DNA of 64,000 bases from Alphaproteobacteria bacterium (GTDB lineage: Bacteria; Pseudomonadota; Alphaproteobacteria; MPNO01; VGEU01). The stretch's first letter is position 1, and the number at the start of each line of letters is the position of its first letter. Both the position numbers and the translations under genes were made by a program. Under the pieces are notes generated by a model. It saw nothing but the letters and a program-made list of their open reading frames with translations. It was not told the origin of the DNA and searched no databases. The stretch covers positions 49,234 through 113,233 of the forward strand of contig VGEU01000001.1 in the NCBI GenBank assembly GCA_016869145.1, written 5' to 3'. Below are positions 55,853 to 64,000 of this stretch, one piece after another.

Positions 55853-57295
55853 TCACCCGAACACGTCGGGGAACTTGGCACGCACCGCTCGGGCGAGCTC
55901 GGGCGAGGTCTGGGCGACCTTTGGGAAGGTCTCGAGCCGCTCATAGGGGATGCAGGCGTCGATGACGGCGCGGCTGTTGTAGAGCTCCTTCCCCGTCACC
56001 ATCGGGTCGAGGCGCGAGGACCAGGTCTTGGTCAGGATCTGGATGTCCTGTTTCGGGTCCGAGCGCGTCCCCATCGCCCAGATGACGTCGTGGATGTCGG
56101 AGGGGTCGATATCTTCGTCGACGACGACGATGTAGCGCCCGACATAGCCGACCGGGTTGACCTGCGAGGCGACCATGCCGACCTGGGTCGAGTGGCCGAA
56201 ATAGCGCTGGCGGATCGCGACGACGACGAAGGTGCGCCCCGAGCCCGCCTGGTGCACCCACACGCCCTTGACGTCGGGAATGCCCGCGCCCTCGAGCGAG
56301 TCCATCAACGCCGCCGAGCGGATGAAGCAACGCTCGAACAGATGCGAGTGCGGCGGCTTCTGGCTCGCGGCGCAGGTGAGGATCGGGTCGTTCCGCCAAT
56401 AGGCCGCTTTGATCCGGATCAGCGGCTCCATCTTGGCGTCGCCCGCGTAATAGCCGGTCCATTCGCCGAACGGACCTTCCAGCACCTGCTCGTCCGGAAC
56501 GCACTCGCCCTCCAGCACGATCTCGGACTGCGCCGGGATCGGCAGACCCGTGATCGGGCCGGGCACGCAATCGATCGGCGCGCCGGCGATGCCACCCGCC
56601 CAATCGAGCTCGGCAACCGTGTCGGCGAGCGTGTAGCGCGCGGCGATGTAGCTCACGGGATCGATGCCGACCACGATCGCCATCGGGCACGGCTTGCCGC
56701 TCTTGAAGTATTTGTCGCGATGGATGCGGCCCTGCTTGCCGTTCGAGATGTAGGACGCGCAGCTATTGCCCGAGATCACCTGCACGCGATAGGTGCCCAT
56801 GTTGATGCGCCCGGTATCCGGATCGCGGGTGATGACGGCGCACGCGGTCCCGATATAGCGCCCGCCGTCGAGCTCGTGGTGGATCGGCACCGGAAACTTG
56901 AGGAGATCGACCGCCGCGCCTTCGGCGATGTTCTCCATCACCGGGCCGCGCTCGACCATGCGTGGCGGGATCGGCTTGTTGGTCTTGATCTGCTTGCGGA
57001 ACTGGTCGAGGAGCGCCATGCGGTCGCGGCTCGCGACGCTCGCATCGAGACCGAAGCCGAGCGCGAGCCGGAAGGGCGAGCCGAGCATGCCGTAGATGCA
57101 GCGGAAGCCCTTGGGATAGCCCGGAATGTCGTCGAAGAGTAGGAGCGGCGAGCGATCGACCTTCTCGCGGTAGAGCACCTCGGTGACCGCACCCATCTCC
57201 TTGTCCCAATGGGCCCGGTTCACCGTCTTGAGCTCGCCGCCCTTCTCGACCGCGGCGAGAAAGGCGCGGAGATCGGTTTGCACCGCGTTGCTCAT
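55853..57295 (-). CDS. UbiD-family (prFMN-dependent) decarboxylase, type B paralog
   Basis: 480 aa, with GGRYIGTACAV, EGPFGEWTGYYAG and the UbiD fold. Confidence 0.9.
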   Translation of the reverse strand: MSNAVQTDLRAFLAAVEKGGELKTVNRAHWDKEMGAVTEVLYREKVDRSPLLLFDDIPGYPKGFRCIYGMLGSPFRLALGFGLDASVASRDRMALLDQFRKQIKTNKPIPPRMVERGPVMENIAEGAAVDLLKFPVPIHHELDGGRYIGTACAVITRDPDTGRINMGTYRVQVISGNSCASYISNGKQGRIHRDKYFKSGKPCPMAIVVGIDPVSYIAARYTLADTVAELDWAGGIAGAPIDCVPGPITGLPIPAQSEIVLEGECVPDEQVLEGPFGEWTGYYAGDAKMEPLIRIKAAYWRNDPILTCAASQKPPHSHLFERCFIRSAALMDSLEGAGIPDVKGVWVHQAGSGRTFVVVAIRQRYFGHSTQVGMVASQVNPVGYVGRYIVVVDEDIDPSDIHDVIWAMGTRSDPKQDIQILTKTWSSRLDPMVTGKELYNSRAVIDACIPYERLETFPKVAQTSPELARAVRAKFPDVFG

Positions 57296-57375
57296 GGGCT
57301 CGTCCTCCCTCGACTACGCGAAGGGGCGGATCGACGACCCGCCCCTCCCGGTCCCATCGCCTGCACCGCGCCGGC

Positions 57376-58884
57376 TCACTTGGTGAGCCAGCCCCATTTC
57401 TCGCGCGCTTCCTTGGCGAGCTCGGGCGACGGCGCGTTGACCTTCGGGAACTCGTTCCGCCAATGGAAGGGGCGACAGGCGTCGATCACGGCGCGGCTGT
57501 TGGTGAAATTGCCCTTCGCCTTGTCCTCCGGCGAGATGCGCGGATCGAGCGGCGTCGACCAGGCGCCATGGATGATGTCGATCGAGGTCGCGGGATCGGA
57601 GCGGGTGAGCATCGCCCAGGTCAGCTCCTCGAGGTTCGACACGTCGATGTCGTCGTCGGTGACGACGATGTATTTCCCGGCATAGGCGCCGACGTGACAC
57701 ATCGCGGCGATGTGCCCAGCCTGCTTGGCGTGACCGGGATAACGCTGCTTGATCGACACCGCGACCAGCATGCGCGCGGTGCCGACCTCGTGCAGCCAGG
57801 CGGCGGTGACATCGGGAACGCCGGACTTGGCGATGTTCTCCTTGAGGAGCGCCGAGCGGGTGACCGCGCGATAGCGCGCGAGCTCGTCGGGCGGGCGCTG
57901 CGGCGGGCAGCCGAGAATGATCGGGTTGTTGCGGTAATAGATCGCCTTGATGTCGAGCACTGGCTCCTCGCGGTGCTTGGAGCCGTAATAGCCCGTCCAC
58001 TCGCCGAACGGCCCCTCTTCGCGCATGTTGCCCGGGCGCACGAAGCCCTCGATCACGATCTCGGCGTTGGCCGGGAACGGCAGCCCGGTATGCTTGCCGA
58101 GAACGACGTCGATCGGCTTGCCGCGGAAGCCGCCGACCACGTCGTACTCGCAGACATTCGGCGGTATCTCGCTGCAGCCCATGAGGAACGTCATCGGATC
58201 GCCGCCGCACACGATCACCGCCGGCATCGCCTCGTTGCGCTGCATGTACTTGTCGCGGTGGATGCGGCCGTGCTTGCCGGGCGAGATGTAGAACCCGACC
58301 GATTTCTTGTCGTGGATCATCACCCGGTAGGTGCCGAGATTGAGCCAGCCGGTGTCGGGGTCCTTGGTGACGTTGTAGCTGCCGGTGCCGATATAGCGGC
58401 CGCCGTCGTCGTCGTGCCAGAGCGGCGTCGGGAACGCGTTCACGTCGACCGCATCGCCCTCCATGATGTTCTCGGTCACCGGGCCCGCTGCGACCACGCG
58501 CGGCGGAATCAGCCGGAGATCCTCCATGTAGTTGTGCCGGAACGCATCCGTGAGCTCGATCTTGTTGAGCTCGGACGGGAAGCCGAGCGTCATGTTCATG
58601 CGCCGGCCGGAGAAGAAGTTGCACAGAACGCGCGAGCCCTTGATCGTGCCGGGCACGTCCTCGAACACGACGCAGGGCGCCTTCTCATCGTGCAGGATCA
58701 CCTCGGCCGCCATGCCGATGTCGCGCTGCCAGGACGCGCCCTTGACGAACTTCACCTCGCCGAGCTTCTCGGCCTCGGTCAGCCAGCCGCGAAGATCGTC
58801 ATAGGGAATGCGGAGCTCGTTGGCCCGATCGCTGCTGCCGGTCGCGGCGAGCTTGCCGATCGCGTTGCCCATGTCGTCGACCAT
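57376..58884 (-). CDS. UbiD-family (prFMN-dependent) decarboxylase, type A paralog 2 (inverted duplicate of the 53693-55204 gene)
   Basis: 502 aa. Its C-terminal half is nearly identical to that of the 53693-55204 gene (PAVIVCGGDPMTFL ... GHAKQAGH ... RPFHWRNEFPKVNAPSPE). Confidence 0.9.
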   Translation of the reverse strand: MVDDMGNAIGKLAATGSSDRANELRIPYDDLRGWLTEAEKLGEVKFVKGASWQRDIGMAAEVILHDEKAPCVVFEDVPGTIKGSRVLCNFFSGRRMNMTLGFPSELNKIELTDAFRHNYMEDLRLIPPRVVAAGPVTENIMEGDAVDVNAFPTPLWHDDDGGRYIGTGSYNVTKDPDTGWLNLGTYRVMIHDKKSVGFYISPGKHGRIHRDKYMQRNEAMPAVIVCGGDPMTFLMGCSEIPPNVCEYDVVGGFRGKPIDVVLGKHTGLPFPANAEIVIEGFVRPGNMREEGPFGEWTGYYGSKHREEPVLDIKAIYYRNNPIILGCPPQRPPDELARYRAVTRSALLKENIAKSGVPDVTAAWLHEVGTARMLVAVSIKQRYPGHAKQAGHIAAMCHVGAYAGKYIVVTDDDIDVSNLEELTWAMLTRSDPATSIDIIHGAWSTPLDPRISPEDKAKGNFTNSRAVIDACRPFHWRNEFPKVNAPSPELAKEAREKWGWLTK

Positions 58885-59080
58885 GTCCGTTCCTCCGCTC
58901 CGCTGTTGAAAGAGCCCGTTGTCGTGCCTGCGCCGTCGTTGTCGAGGTCTGAGGATGGCGGGCTCGCACCCGCCTCGATACCCCGGCCGACACCGTATTT
59001 CCAGCGTTTCCGCACCCGCCGCGGCCGGTCGATGCGCGCCGCTATTGCCACGGGCGCCTCGGGCCCCGATCGCCGCCCGC

Positions 59081-59320
59081 TCAGCGCCGCTTGAGCCAGC
59101 GGAAGAGGCGGATCACCGCGAGCACCGGCAGCACGATCGCCGCGCCGAGGAGAACATAGGAGCCGATCTTGATCCCGATCTCGGCGATGCGGTCCCAGCC
59201 GTCGCGGACCATGGCGACGATCCCCTTCCAGAACTCGACCGCGTCGATCCCGAAGAACGCGAGGACGAGACCGACGACGAAACAGATCAAGACGATCTTG
59301 AGTACCCAGGCCAGGTTCAT
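59081..59320 (-). CDS. Small hypothetical membrane protein (2 TM)
   Basis: From MNLAWVLKIVLICFVVGLVLAFFGIDAV...; a hydrophobic ORF sitting between annotated genes. No family assigned. Confidence 0.4.
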   Translation of the reverse strand: MNLAWVLKIVLICFVVGLVLAFFGIDAVEFWKGIVAMVRDGWDRIAEIGIKIGSYVLLGAAIVLPVLAVIRLFRWLKRR

Positions 59321-59374
59321 TCCGCCTCTCCGCCGCGCCGGCACCCCGCGTGTCTGCGCCATCCGTCGCTTCCC

Positions 59375-61711
59375 TCAAGCCGCGCGCTCTGCCGCGGCGA
59401 TGGCCCGCCACACGGTCTCGGCCGTGACCGGCATGTCGATCGCCGTGATCCCGAGCGGCGCGAGCGCATCGATCACCGCGTGGACGACCGCCGGCAATGC
59501 CCCGACGGTTCCGGCCTCGCCGGCCCCCTTGAGGCCGAGCGGATTGGTGCGGCACGGCACCTCGTTGGTCTCGATCGTGATCGGGCAGAAATCATCGGCG
59601 CGCGGCATCGCGTAGTCCATGAACGATCCCGAGAGCAGCTGACCGCTCGCCGGGTCGTAGGCGACGGTCTCCATCAGGGCTTGGCCGACGCCCTGCGCGA
59701 TGCCGCCGTGCACCTGGCCGTGGAGGAGAAGCGGGTTGACGACGCGCCCGACATCGTCGACCGCCGCGTAGCGGACGATCTCGATGCGGCCCGTCTCGGG
59801 GTCGATCTCGACCTCGACGATGTGGCAGCCATTGGGAAAGCTCGGCGGGCCGGTCACGAACGTGCCGGCCTCGTCGAGGCCCGGCTCCATGTCGCCCGGC
59901 AGGAGATCGGGGCGATAGGCGGCACGGGCAATCTCGGTGATCGCGATCGCGCGATCTGTTCCCGCAACCGTGAACCGGCCGGCGTCGTAGACGATGTCCT
60001 CGGGCGCCGCCTCGAGCCGGTGCGCCGCGATCCGGCCGGCCTTCGCCACCATCTTGGCGACGGCGTTCGCGATCGCGTTTCCGATCAGCGTCATCGAACG
60101 CGAGCCACCGGTGCCGCGCCCGAACGAGACGATATCGGTATCGCCCTGGACGAACCGGATCGCGTTCATCGGCACCCCGAACGCGGCCGCGACCATTTGC
60201 GGAAACACGGTCTCGTGCCCCTGACCGTTCGACATCGAGCCGACGATCAGCGTGATGTGGCCGGACGGGTCGAAGCGGATCTGGGCGCGGTCGTCGGTCT
60301 GGCCGGCGCAGCGCTCGATATAGTTCGCGATGCCGATGCCGCGGAGCCGCCCGCGTTCGCGCGCTTCGGTGCGGCGCGCGGGGAAGCCGTCCCAGTCTGC
60401 GATCGTCTTGGCGCGCGCCATGTTGGCCGCGAACTCGCCCGAGTCGTAGGTGAAGATCAACCCGGTCTTGAACGGCATCGCCTCGGGTGGGATGCAGTTC
60501 CGCCGGCGCAGCTCCGACGGATCGAGGCCGAGCTCGCGCGCCGCCTGGTCGACGACGCGCTCGATCACGTAGATCGCCTCCGGGCGGCCGGCACCGCGAT
60601 AGGGACAGGTCGAGTTGTTGTTGGTGAGGACGCCCGTCACCGCGACCGTGATCGCGGGTGTCGTGTAGACACCGGCGAGCATGCCGAGGCCGGTGACCGG
60701 CACGAAGGCGCCGAGATTGGCCACATAGGCCCCGACCGAGGCGAGCGTCGCGACGCGGAGCGCGAGGAACCGGCCGTCGGCATCGAGCGCGAGCTCGGCG
60801 GTCGAGACGTTGTCGCGCGCGTGGGCATCGCTCATCAGCGATTCCGATCGGTCGGCGATCCATTTGACCGGCCGCCCGCCGATCCGCCGCGAGGCGAGGA
60901 GGAGAAGGGGATACTCGGCATACATGTTGCCGCCCTTCATCCCGAACGAGCCGCCGAAATCGCGGCAGATGATGCGGATGCGGTTCTCCGCGATCTTCAG
61001 GATGTCCTGGGCGAGTTGCTGACGCGTGCGGTGCGGCCCCTGCAGCGGCGCATGCAGAAGATAGCGGTCCTCGGCCGCGTCCCACACGCCGATCGCGCCA
61101 CGCGTCTCCATCGGGTTGGCCGAGACACGGTTGTTGACGATCCGAACGCGCGTCACGTGCGCGGCGCGTGCGAAGGCGGCGTCGACCTTGGCGACATCGC
61201 CGGCGACGTGCTCGAAGGCGATGTTGCGCGGCGCCTCGTCCCAGACCAGCGGCCGGCCCGGATCGGTCGCGGTCGCCGTGTCGGTGACGGCGGGCAGCGG
61301 CGCATAGTCGACCTCGACCCACTCGGCGGCATCGCGCGCCGCCTCGGCCGTCTCGGCGACGATGCAGGCAAGCGCGTCGCCGACATGGCGCACCCGGTCG
61401 CCGGCGAGCAGCGGGCGGGTCGGGAGAATGCTCGTGGTCCCCGGCTTGGGTCGCGGGGCGACCTGGACCGGGATGTGCCCGAGACCCTCGGCCTCGACAT
61501 CGGCCGCGGTCAGCACCAGGAGGACACCGGGCGCCGTCGCGGCGCGTTCGGTGCGGAGCGCACGGACCCGGGCGTGGGCGTGCGGCGAGCGGACGAACAC
61601 GGCATGGGTCATGGCGGGCATGCGGACATCATCGACATAGAGCCCGCGTCCGGTCAGGAGCCTCGGGTCCTCGGTCCGCGGGACCGGCTGCCCGAACCCG
61701 AACTTCTCCAT
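59375..61711 (-). CDS. Xanthine dehydrogenase family molybdopterin-binding large subunit (orphan)
   Basis: Start at MEKFGFGQPVPRTEDPRLLTGRGLYVDD; 778 aa, with GGSFGMKG, GAGRPEA and QVHGGIAQG motifs. Confidence 0.85.
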   Translation of the reverse strand: MEKFGFGQPVPRTEDPRLLTGRGLYVDDVRMPAMTHAVFVRSPHAHARVRALRTERAATAPGVLLVLTAADVEAEGLGHIPVQVAPRPKPGTTSILPTRPLLAGDRVRHVGDALACIVAETAEAARDAAEWVEVDYAPLPAVTDTATATDPGRPLVWDEAPRNIAFEHVAGDVAKVDAAFARAAHVTRVRIVNNRVSANPMETRGAIGVWDAAEDRYLLHAPLQGPHRTRQQLAQDILKIAENRIRIICRDFGGSFGMKGGNMYAEYPLLLLASRRIGGRPVKWIADRSESLMSDAHARDNVSTAELALDADGRFLALRVATLASVGAYVANLGAFVPVTGLGMLAGVYTTPAITVAVTGVLTNNNSTCPYRGAGRPEAIYVIERVVDQAARELGLDPSELRRRNCIPPEAMPFKTGLIFTYDSGEFAANMARAKTIADWDGFPARRTEARERGRLRGIGIANYIERCAGQTDDRAQIRFDPSGHITLIVGSMSNGQGHETVFPQMVAAAFGVPMNAIRFVQGDTDIVSFGRGTGGSRSMTLIGNAIANAVAKMVAKAGRIAAHRLEAAPEDIVYDAGRFTVAGTDRAIAITEIARAAYRPDLLPGDMEPGLDEAGTFVTGPPSFPNGCHIVEVEIDPETGRIEIVRYAAVDDVGRVVNPLLLHGQVHGGIAQGVGQALMETVAYDPASGQLLSGSFMDYAMPRADDFCPITIETNEVPCRTNPLGLKGAGEAGTVGALPAVVHAVIDALAPLGITAIDMPVTAETVWRAIAAAERAA

Positions 61712-61788
61712 GCCCCGCCCTTCGTCCCGCCGGTGGTCTGATGCCACGGCGCATTGTACGGTGGCCGCCGCGTCGGGAGGAAGAACGC

Positions 61789-62925
61789 ATGACGGAGGTC
61801 GATCGCGGCGGCGGCCTGCTCCGGGCCGCGGCGCGGGCGCGCGAGGCGCATGGCTTCGCCGCGCGCCGCCTCGTCGATGCCGATCTCCGCCTCGTCGAGC
61901 TCGCGTTCTGGGACGAGATCGGCGATTTCGTCCCCGACCGCGTGATGCGCAACCTCGCGCTGGTGCGCCGCCCCGGCCGACCCGGGCTCCTGCCCCCGCC
62001 GGCGGGTTGGACCGATCTCGCCGGCCGCATGGTGCGGGAGGACGTGGCCGCGGCGCGCGCCGCCTGGCAGGGCAATGGCCACGCCGCGCCCGGCCTCCTC
62101 CGCCGCACCATGGCGGCCTTCGGCGTCGAGGCCGCGATCGTCGTGCCGACCGCCCTTCTCTTCCTCGGCGTCCACCCGCAGCCCGAGGTCGAGGTCAACC
62201 TCGCCCGTGCCTATAACCGCTGGGCCGTCGCGCGCCTCGCCGGCGAGGCCGGGCTCCGGCCGTTCCTGATCCTGCCATTCAACGTGCCGGAGGCGTGCGC
62301 GGCGATCGTGGCGGAGTTCGGCGCCGCCGACGGGATCGCCGGCTTCCTGGTCCCCGTGATGCGCACGCGTGGCATCCACGACAACGCCTACGCCCGCGCC
62401 TATGCCGCGATCGAGGAACGCGCGCTCCCGCTCGCCTTCCACGCCGCGTGGCACTGGACCGAGAGCGCGACACACCAGGCGAACCGTTTCCTCTCGGTCT
62501 ACGCGACCCAGCCGGCGCAGACGCTCGCGGTGCAGGCCACGCACTGGATCGTCAACGCGGTGCCCGAGCGTTTCCCCCGGCTCCGCGTGGTGTGGATGGA
62601 AGGCGGCCTCGCCTGGATCCCGTTCCTCGCCCAGCGCCTCGACACCGCCTACCGCGCACGCCCGTCGGAGGCACCCGGCCTGACGCGGCTCCCGAGCGAA
62701 TATCTCTGCGCCATGCATTTCGCGACACACCCGTGCGACGTCGACGAAGCGGGCCTCGCCGATGTCGTCGCCCGTGTCGGCGTCGATACGCTCCTCTGGT
62801 CGTCCGGCTATCCGCAGTGGAACTTCGATGGGCCGGCCTGGATCGACGGGGCCGCCGCGCTCGACGAGGCCGCGCGCGCGGCGATCCTCGGCGGCAACGC
62901 CCGGCGGCTGTTCGGCCTCGCCTGA
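61789..62925 (+). CDS. Amidohydrolase_2 (ACMSD-family)-like protein with substituted metal-binding and catalytic residues; a putative non-catalytic paralog
   Basis: From MTEVDRGG. It aligns along its length with the 8452-9690 protein (PEVEVNLARAYNRW; GIHDNAYARAY; PERFPRLRVVWMEGGLAWIPFLAQRLD; LPSEYL). However, the N-terminal D-S-H-H is replaced by D-L-R-L, and SDYPHWD by SGYPQWN. Confidence 0.65.
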   Translation: MTEVDRGGGLLRAAARAREAHGFAARRLVDADLRLVELAFWDEIGDFVPDRVMRNLALVRRPGRPGLLPPPAGWTDLAGRMVREDVAAARAAWQGNGHAAPGLLRRTMAAFGVEAAIVVPTALLFLGVHPQPEVEVNLARAYNRWAVARLAGEAGLRPFLILPFNVPEACAAIVAEFGAADGIAGFLVPVMRTRGIHDNAYARAYAAIEERALPLAFHAAWHWTESATHQANRFLSVYATQPAQTLAVQATHWIVNAVPERFPRLRVVWMEGGLAWIPFLAQRLDTAYRARPSEAPGLTRLPSEYLCAMHFATHPCDVDEAGLADVVARVGVDTLLWSSGYPQWNFDGPAWIDGAAALDEAARAAILGGNARRLFGLA

Positions 62926-62928
62926 GGT

Positions 62929-63738
62929 TCAGGCGAAGCGGATCGCGATCCCCTCGAGCGGCAGGCCGTGGAGACGGGTCGACCAGCTTTCCACGGACCG
63001 CACCGGGAACGCACGCGTCACGGTTCCGGTCGTCACGATCTCGCCGGCCGCAAGCGGTGGATTGTCCGGATCGCGGTCCAGGAGCGCCACGAGATGGCCG
63101 AGCGCGCGGAGCGGCCCGTCGAGTACATTGCGGGCATGGCCGCGGTCCATCCGCTCCGCGCCGCGGACGAGCTCGATCTCAAAGTCGCCGAGCGCCGCGA
63201 TCCAGTCGGTCCGCCCCTCATGCGCGGAGAGACGCGGGCCGATGAAATAGGCGCCATGCAGCCCATAGCCCGCGACCGCGTCGGGTGCGGCGAATTTCCC
63301 GCCGGGAAAGACCGACTGCACGATCTCGAAGCCGTGGCCGACCGAGTCGATGCAGCCGAGGAGGGCCTTTTCGTCCATGTCGGGTCGCGGCGCGGCGCGG
63401 AGCCCGAACACGATCTCAGGCTCGATCAGCGGCTCCGACAGCTCGGCGAGCCCGACGCCGTCGCGCGCGGCAGCGCCGTCGCGCACCGTGCGGTCGTACA
63501 TGTAGCCCCAGATCGGGGCGTCGACCTGGTATTCCGGCCAGATCGTCCGGTTTGAGAATCCGATCTTGCGCCCGACGACGCGCTCGCGCTTCGCCTCGCG
63601 CCGCGCGCGCACCCGCGCGGTGACGCGATAGGCCTCGGCGAGGCCGAATGCGGGAACGCAGCTCGTGAGCGGCCTCGTGCTGCCACCGGTTCCGAGAAGG
63701 CCGACCATCTCGGCTGCGATCACATCGACATCGACCAT
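62929..63738 (-). CDS. 2-keto-4-pentenoate hydratase / 2-oxohepta-3-ene-1,7-dioate hydratase family (MhpD/HpaH-like, FAH fold)
   Basis: Start at MVDVDVIAAEMVGLL; 269 aa. Conserved hydratase-family stretches include GRKIGFSNRTIWPEYQVDAPIWGYMYD and EPEIVFGL. Confidence 0.75.
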   Translation of the reverse strand: MVDVDVIAAEMVGLLGTGGSTRPLTSCVPAFGLAEAYRVTARVRARREAKRERVVGRKIGFSNRTIWPEYQVDAPIWGYMYDRTVRDGAAARDGVGLAELSEPLIEPEIVFGLRAAPRPDMDEKALLGCIDSVGHGFEIVQSVFPGGKFAAPDAVAGYGLHGAYFIGPRLSAHEGRTDWIAALGDFEIELVRGAERMDRGHARNVLDGPLRALGHLVALLDRDPDNPPLAAGEIVTTGTVTRAFPVRSVESWSTRLHGLPLEGIAIRFA

Positions 63739-63748
63739 GGTGGGCTCC

Positions 63749-64000
63749 TCAGACCTTGAAGACGCTCTGCACCTCCGGTGCGAAGAGTTCCTCGGGCGAG
63801 ACCTTGCGATGGCAGACACCCTGCTCGTGCGCATAGCGCAGAAACGCCTCGAGCGTGGTCCGGTTCTTCTCGATCCCGTAGGGGAAGAAGTCCTCGCCGA
63901 CCAGCGCCTTGGTCTTCTGTGCGGCGTCGTAGCACCAGGCGAACGGAAACCGCGTCGCGGTGATCTCGAGCGCGCGCGCCATCGAGCGGTTCTTCGCCTC
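63749..64000 (-). CDS. Hypothetical protein, C-terminal fragment (the gene starts beyond the window end)
   Basis: The minus-strand ORF continues to the window edge, ending ...EAFLRYAHEQGVCHRKVSPEELFAPEVQSVFKV-stop. The codon usage is consistent with neighbouring genes. No family assigned. Confidence 0.4.
   Translation of the reverse strand, partial: EAKNRSMARALEITATRFPFAWCYDAAQKTKALVGEDFFPYGIEKNRTTLEAFLRYAHEQGVCHRKVSPEELFAPEVQSVFKV

Noticed and set aside
59592-61322. 576-aa minus-strand ORF in an alternative frame
   Set aside because: Lies inside the CoxL-like large-subunit gene in a different frame. It is Arg/Gly/Pro-rich with no motifs.

Overview
High-GC (~65-70%) proteobacterial DNA, probably from an alphaproteobacterium with many Bug/TctC-type and TRAP-type binding proteins. 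It is densely coding on both strands and I see no rRNA, tRNA, CRISPR array, transposase or integrase. The window looks like a large catabolic island for N-heterocyclic or aromatic carboxylic acids.

Main gene content:
- A nicotinate-type operon at 29184-36359 encoding an FAD subunit, a fused 2Fe-2S/molybdopterin hydroxylase, a 6-hydroxynicotinate-reductase-like 4Fe-4S protein, a UPF0280-like protein and two amino-acid-synthesis-family (PF06684) proteins. It is divergent from korAB (2-oxoglutarate:ferredoxin oxidoreductase) plus an FprA-type ferredoxin-NADP reductase.
- An enamidase-like amidohydrolase lies in a neighbouring ligase/SDR/isochorismatase/RidA cluster.
- Three further orphan molybdopterin large subunits of the xanthine-dehydrogenase family.
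- Four UbiD-family (prFMN-type) decarboxylases. Two of them form a ~1.5 kb inverted repeat that brackets a rhodanese gene and a third UbiD gene.
- A NadC-like quinolinate phosphoribosyltransferase immediately followed by a LOG-family nucleotide phosphoribohydrolase.
- Two tandem HyuB-type (hydantoinase B / acetone-carboxylase-alpha-like) paralogs with no HyuA partner.
- Two amidohydrolase_2 (ACMSD-family) proteins, one of which lacks the catalytic residues.
- An M29/NicX-like protein paired with a CxxCxxCC (YkgJ) protein.
- A glutaryl-CoA dehydrogenase / family III CoA-transferase / aldehyde-dehydrogenase / MarR module.
- Many transport components: a fused TctA-TctB permease, three divergent TctC-like paralogs, one canonical TctC, two tandem TRAP DctP-like binding proteins, an NMT1-like binding protein, an MFS transporter and a DMT transporter.
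- Tandem gene duplications are frequent (HyuB, TRAP binding proteins, metallo-beta-lactamase-fold (MBL) hydrolases, PF06684 proteins, UbiD). One MBL paralog is frameshifted.
- There are several short tandem-repeat arrays and GC-rich terminator hairpins.

Coordinates of internal starts were derived from the supplied ORF track plus manual N-terminus selection and may be off by a few nucleotides.
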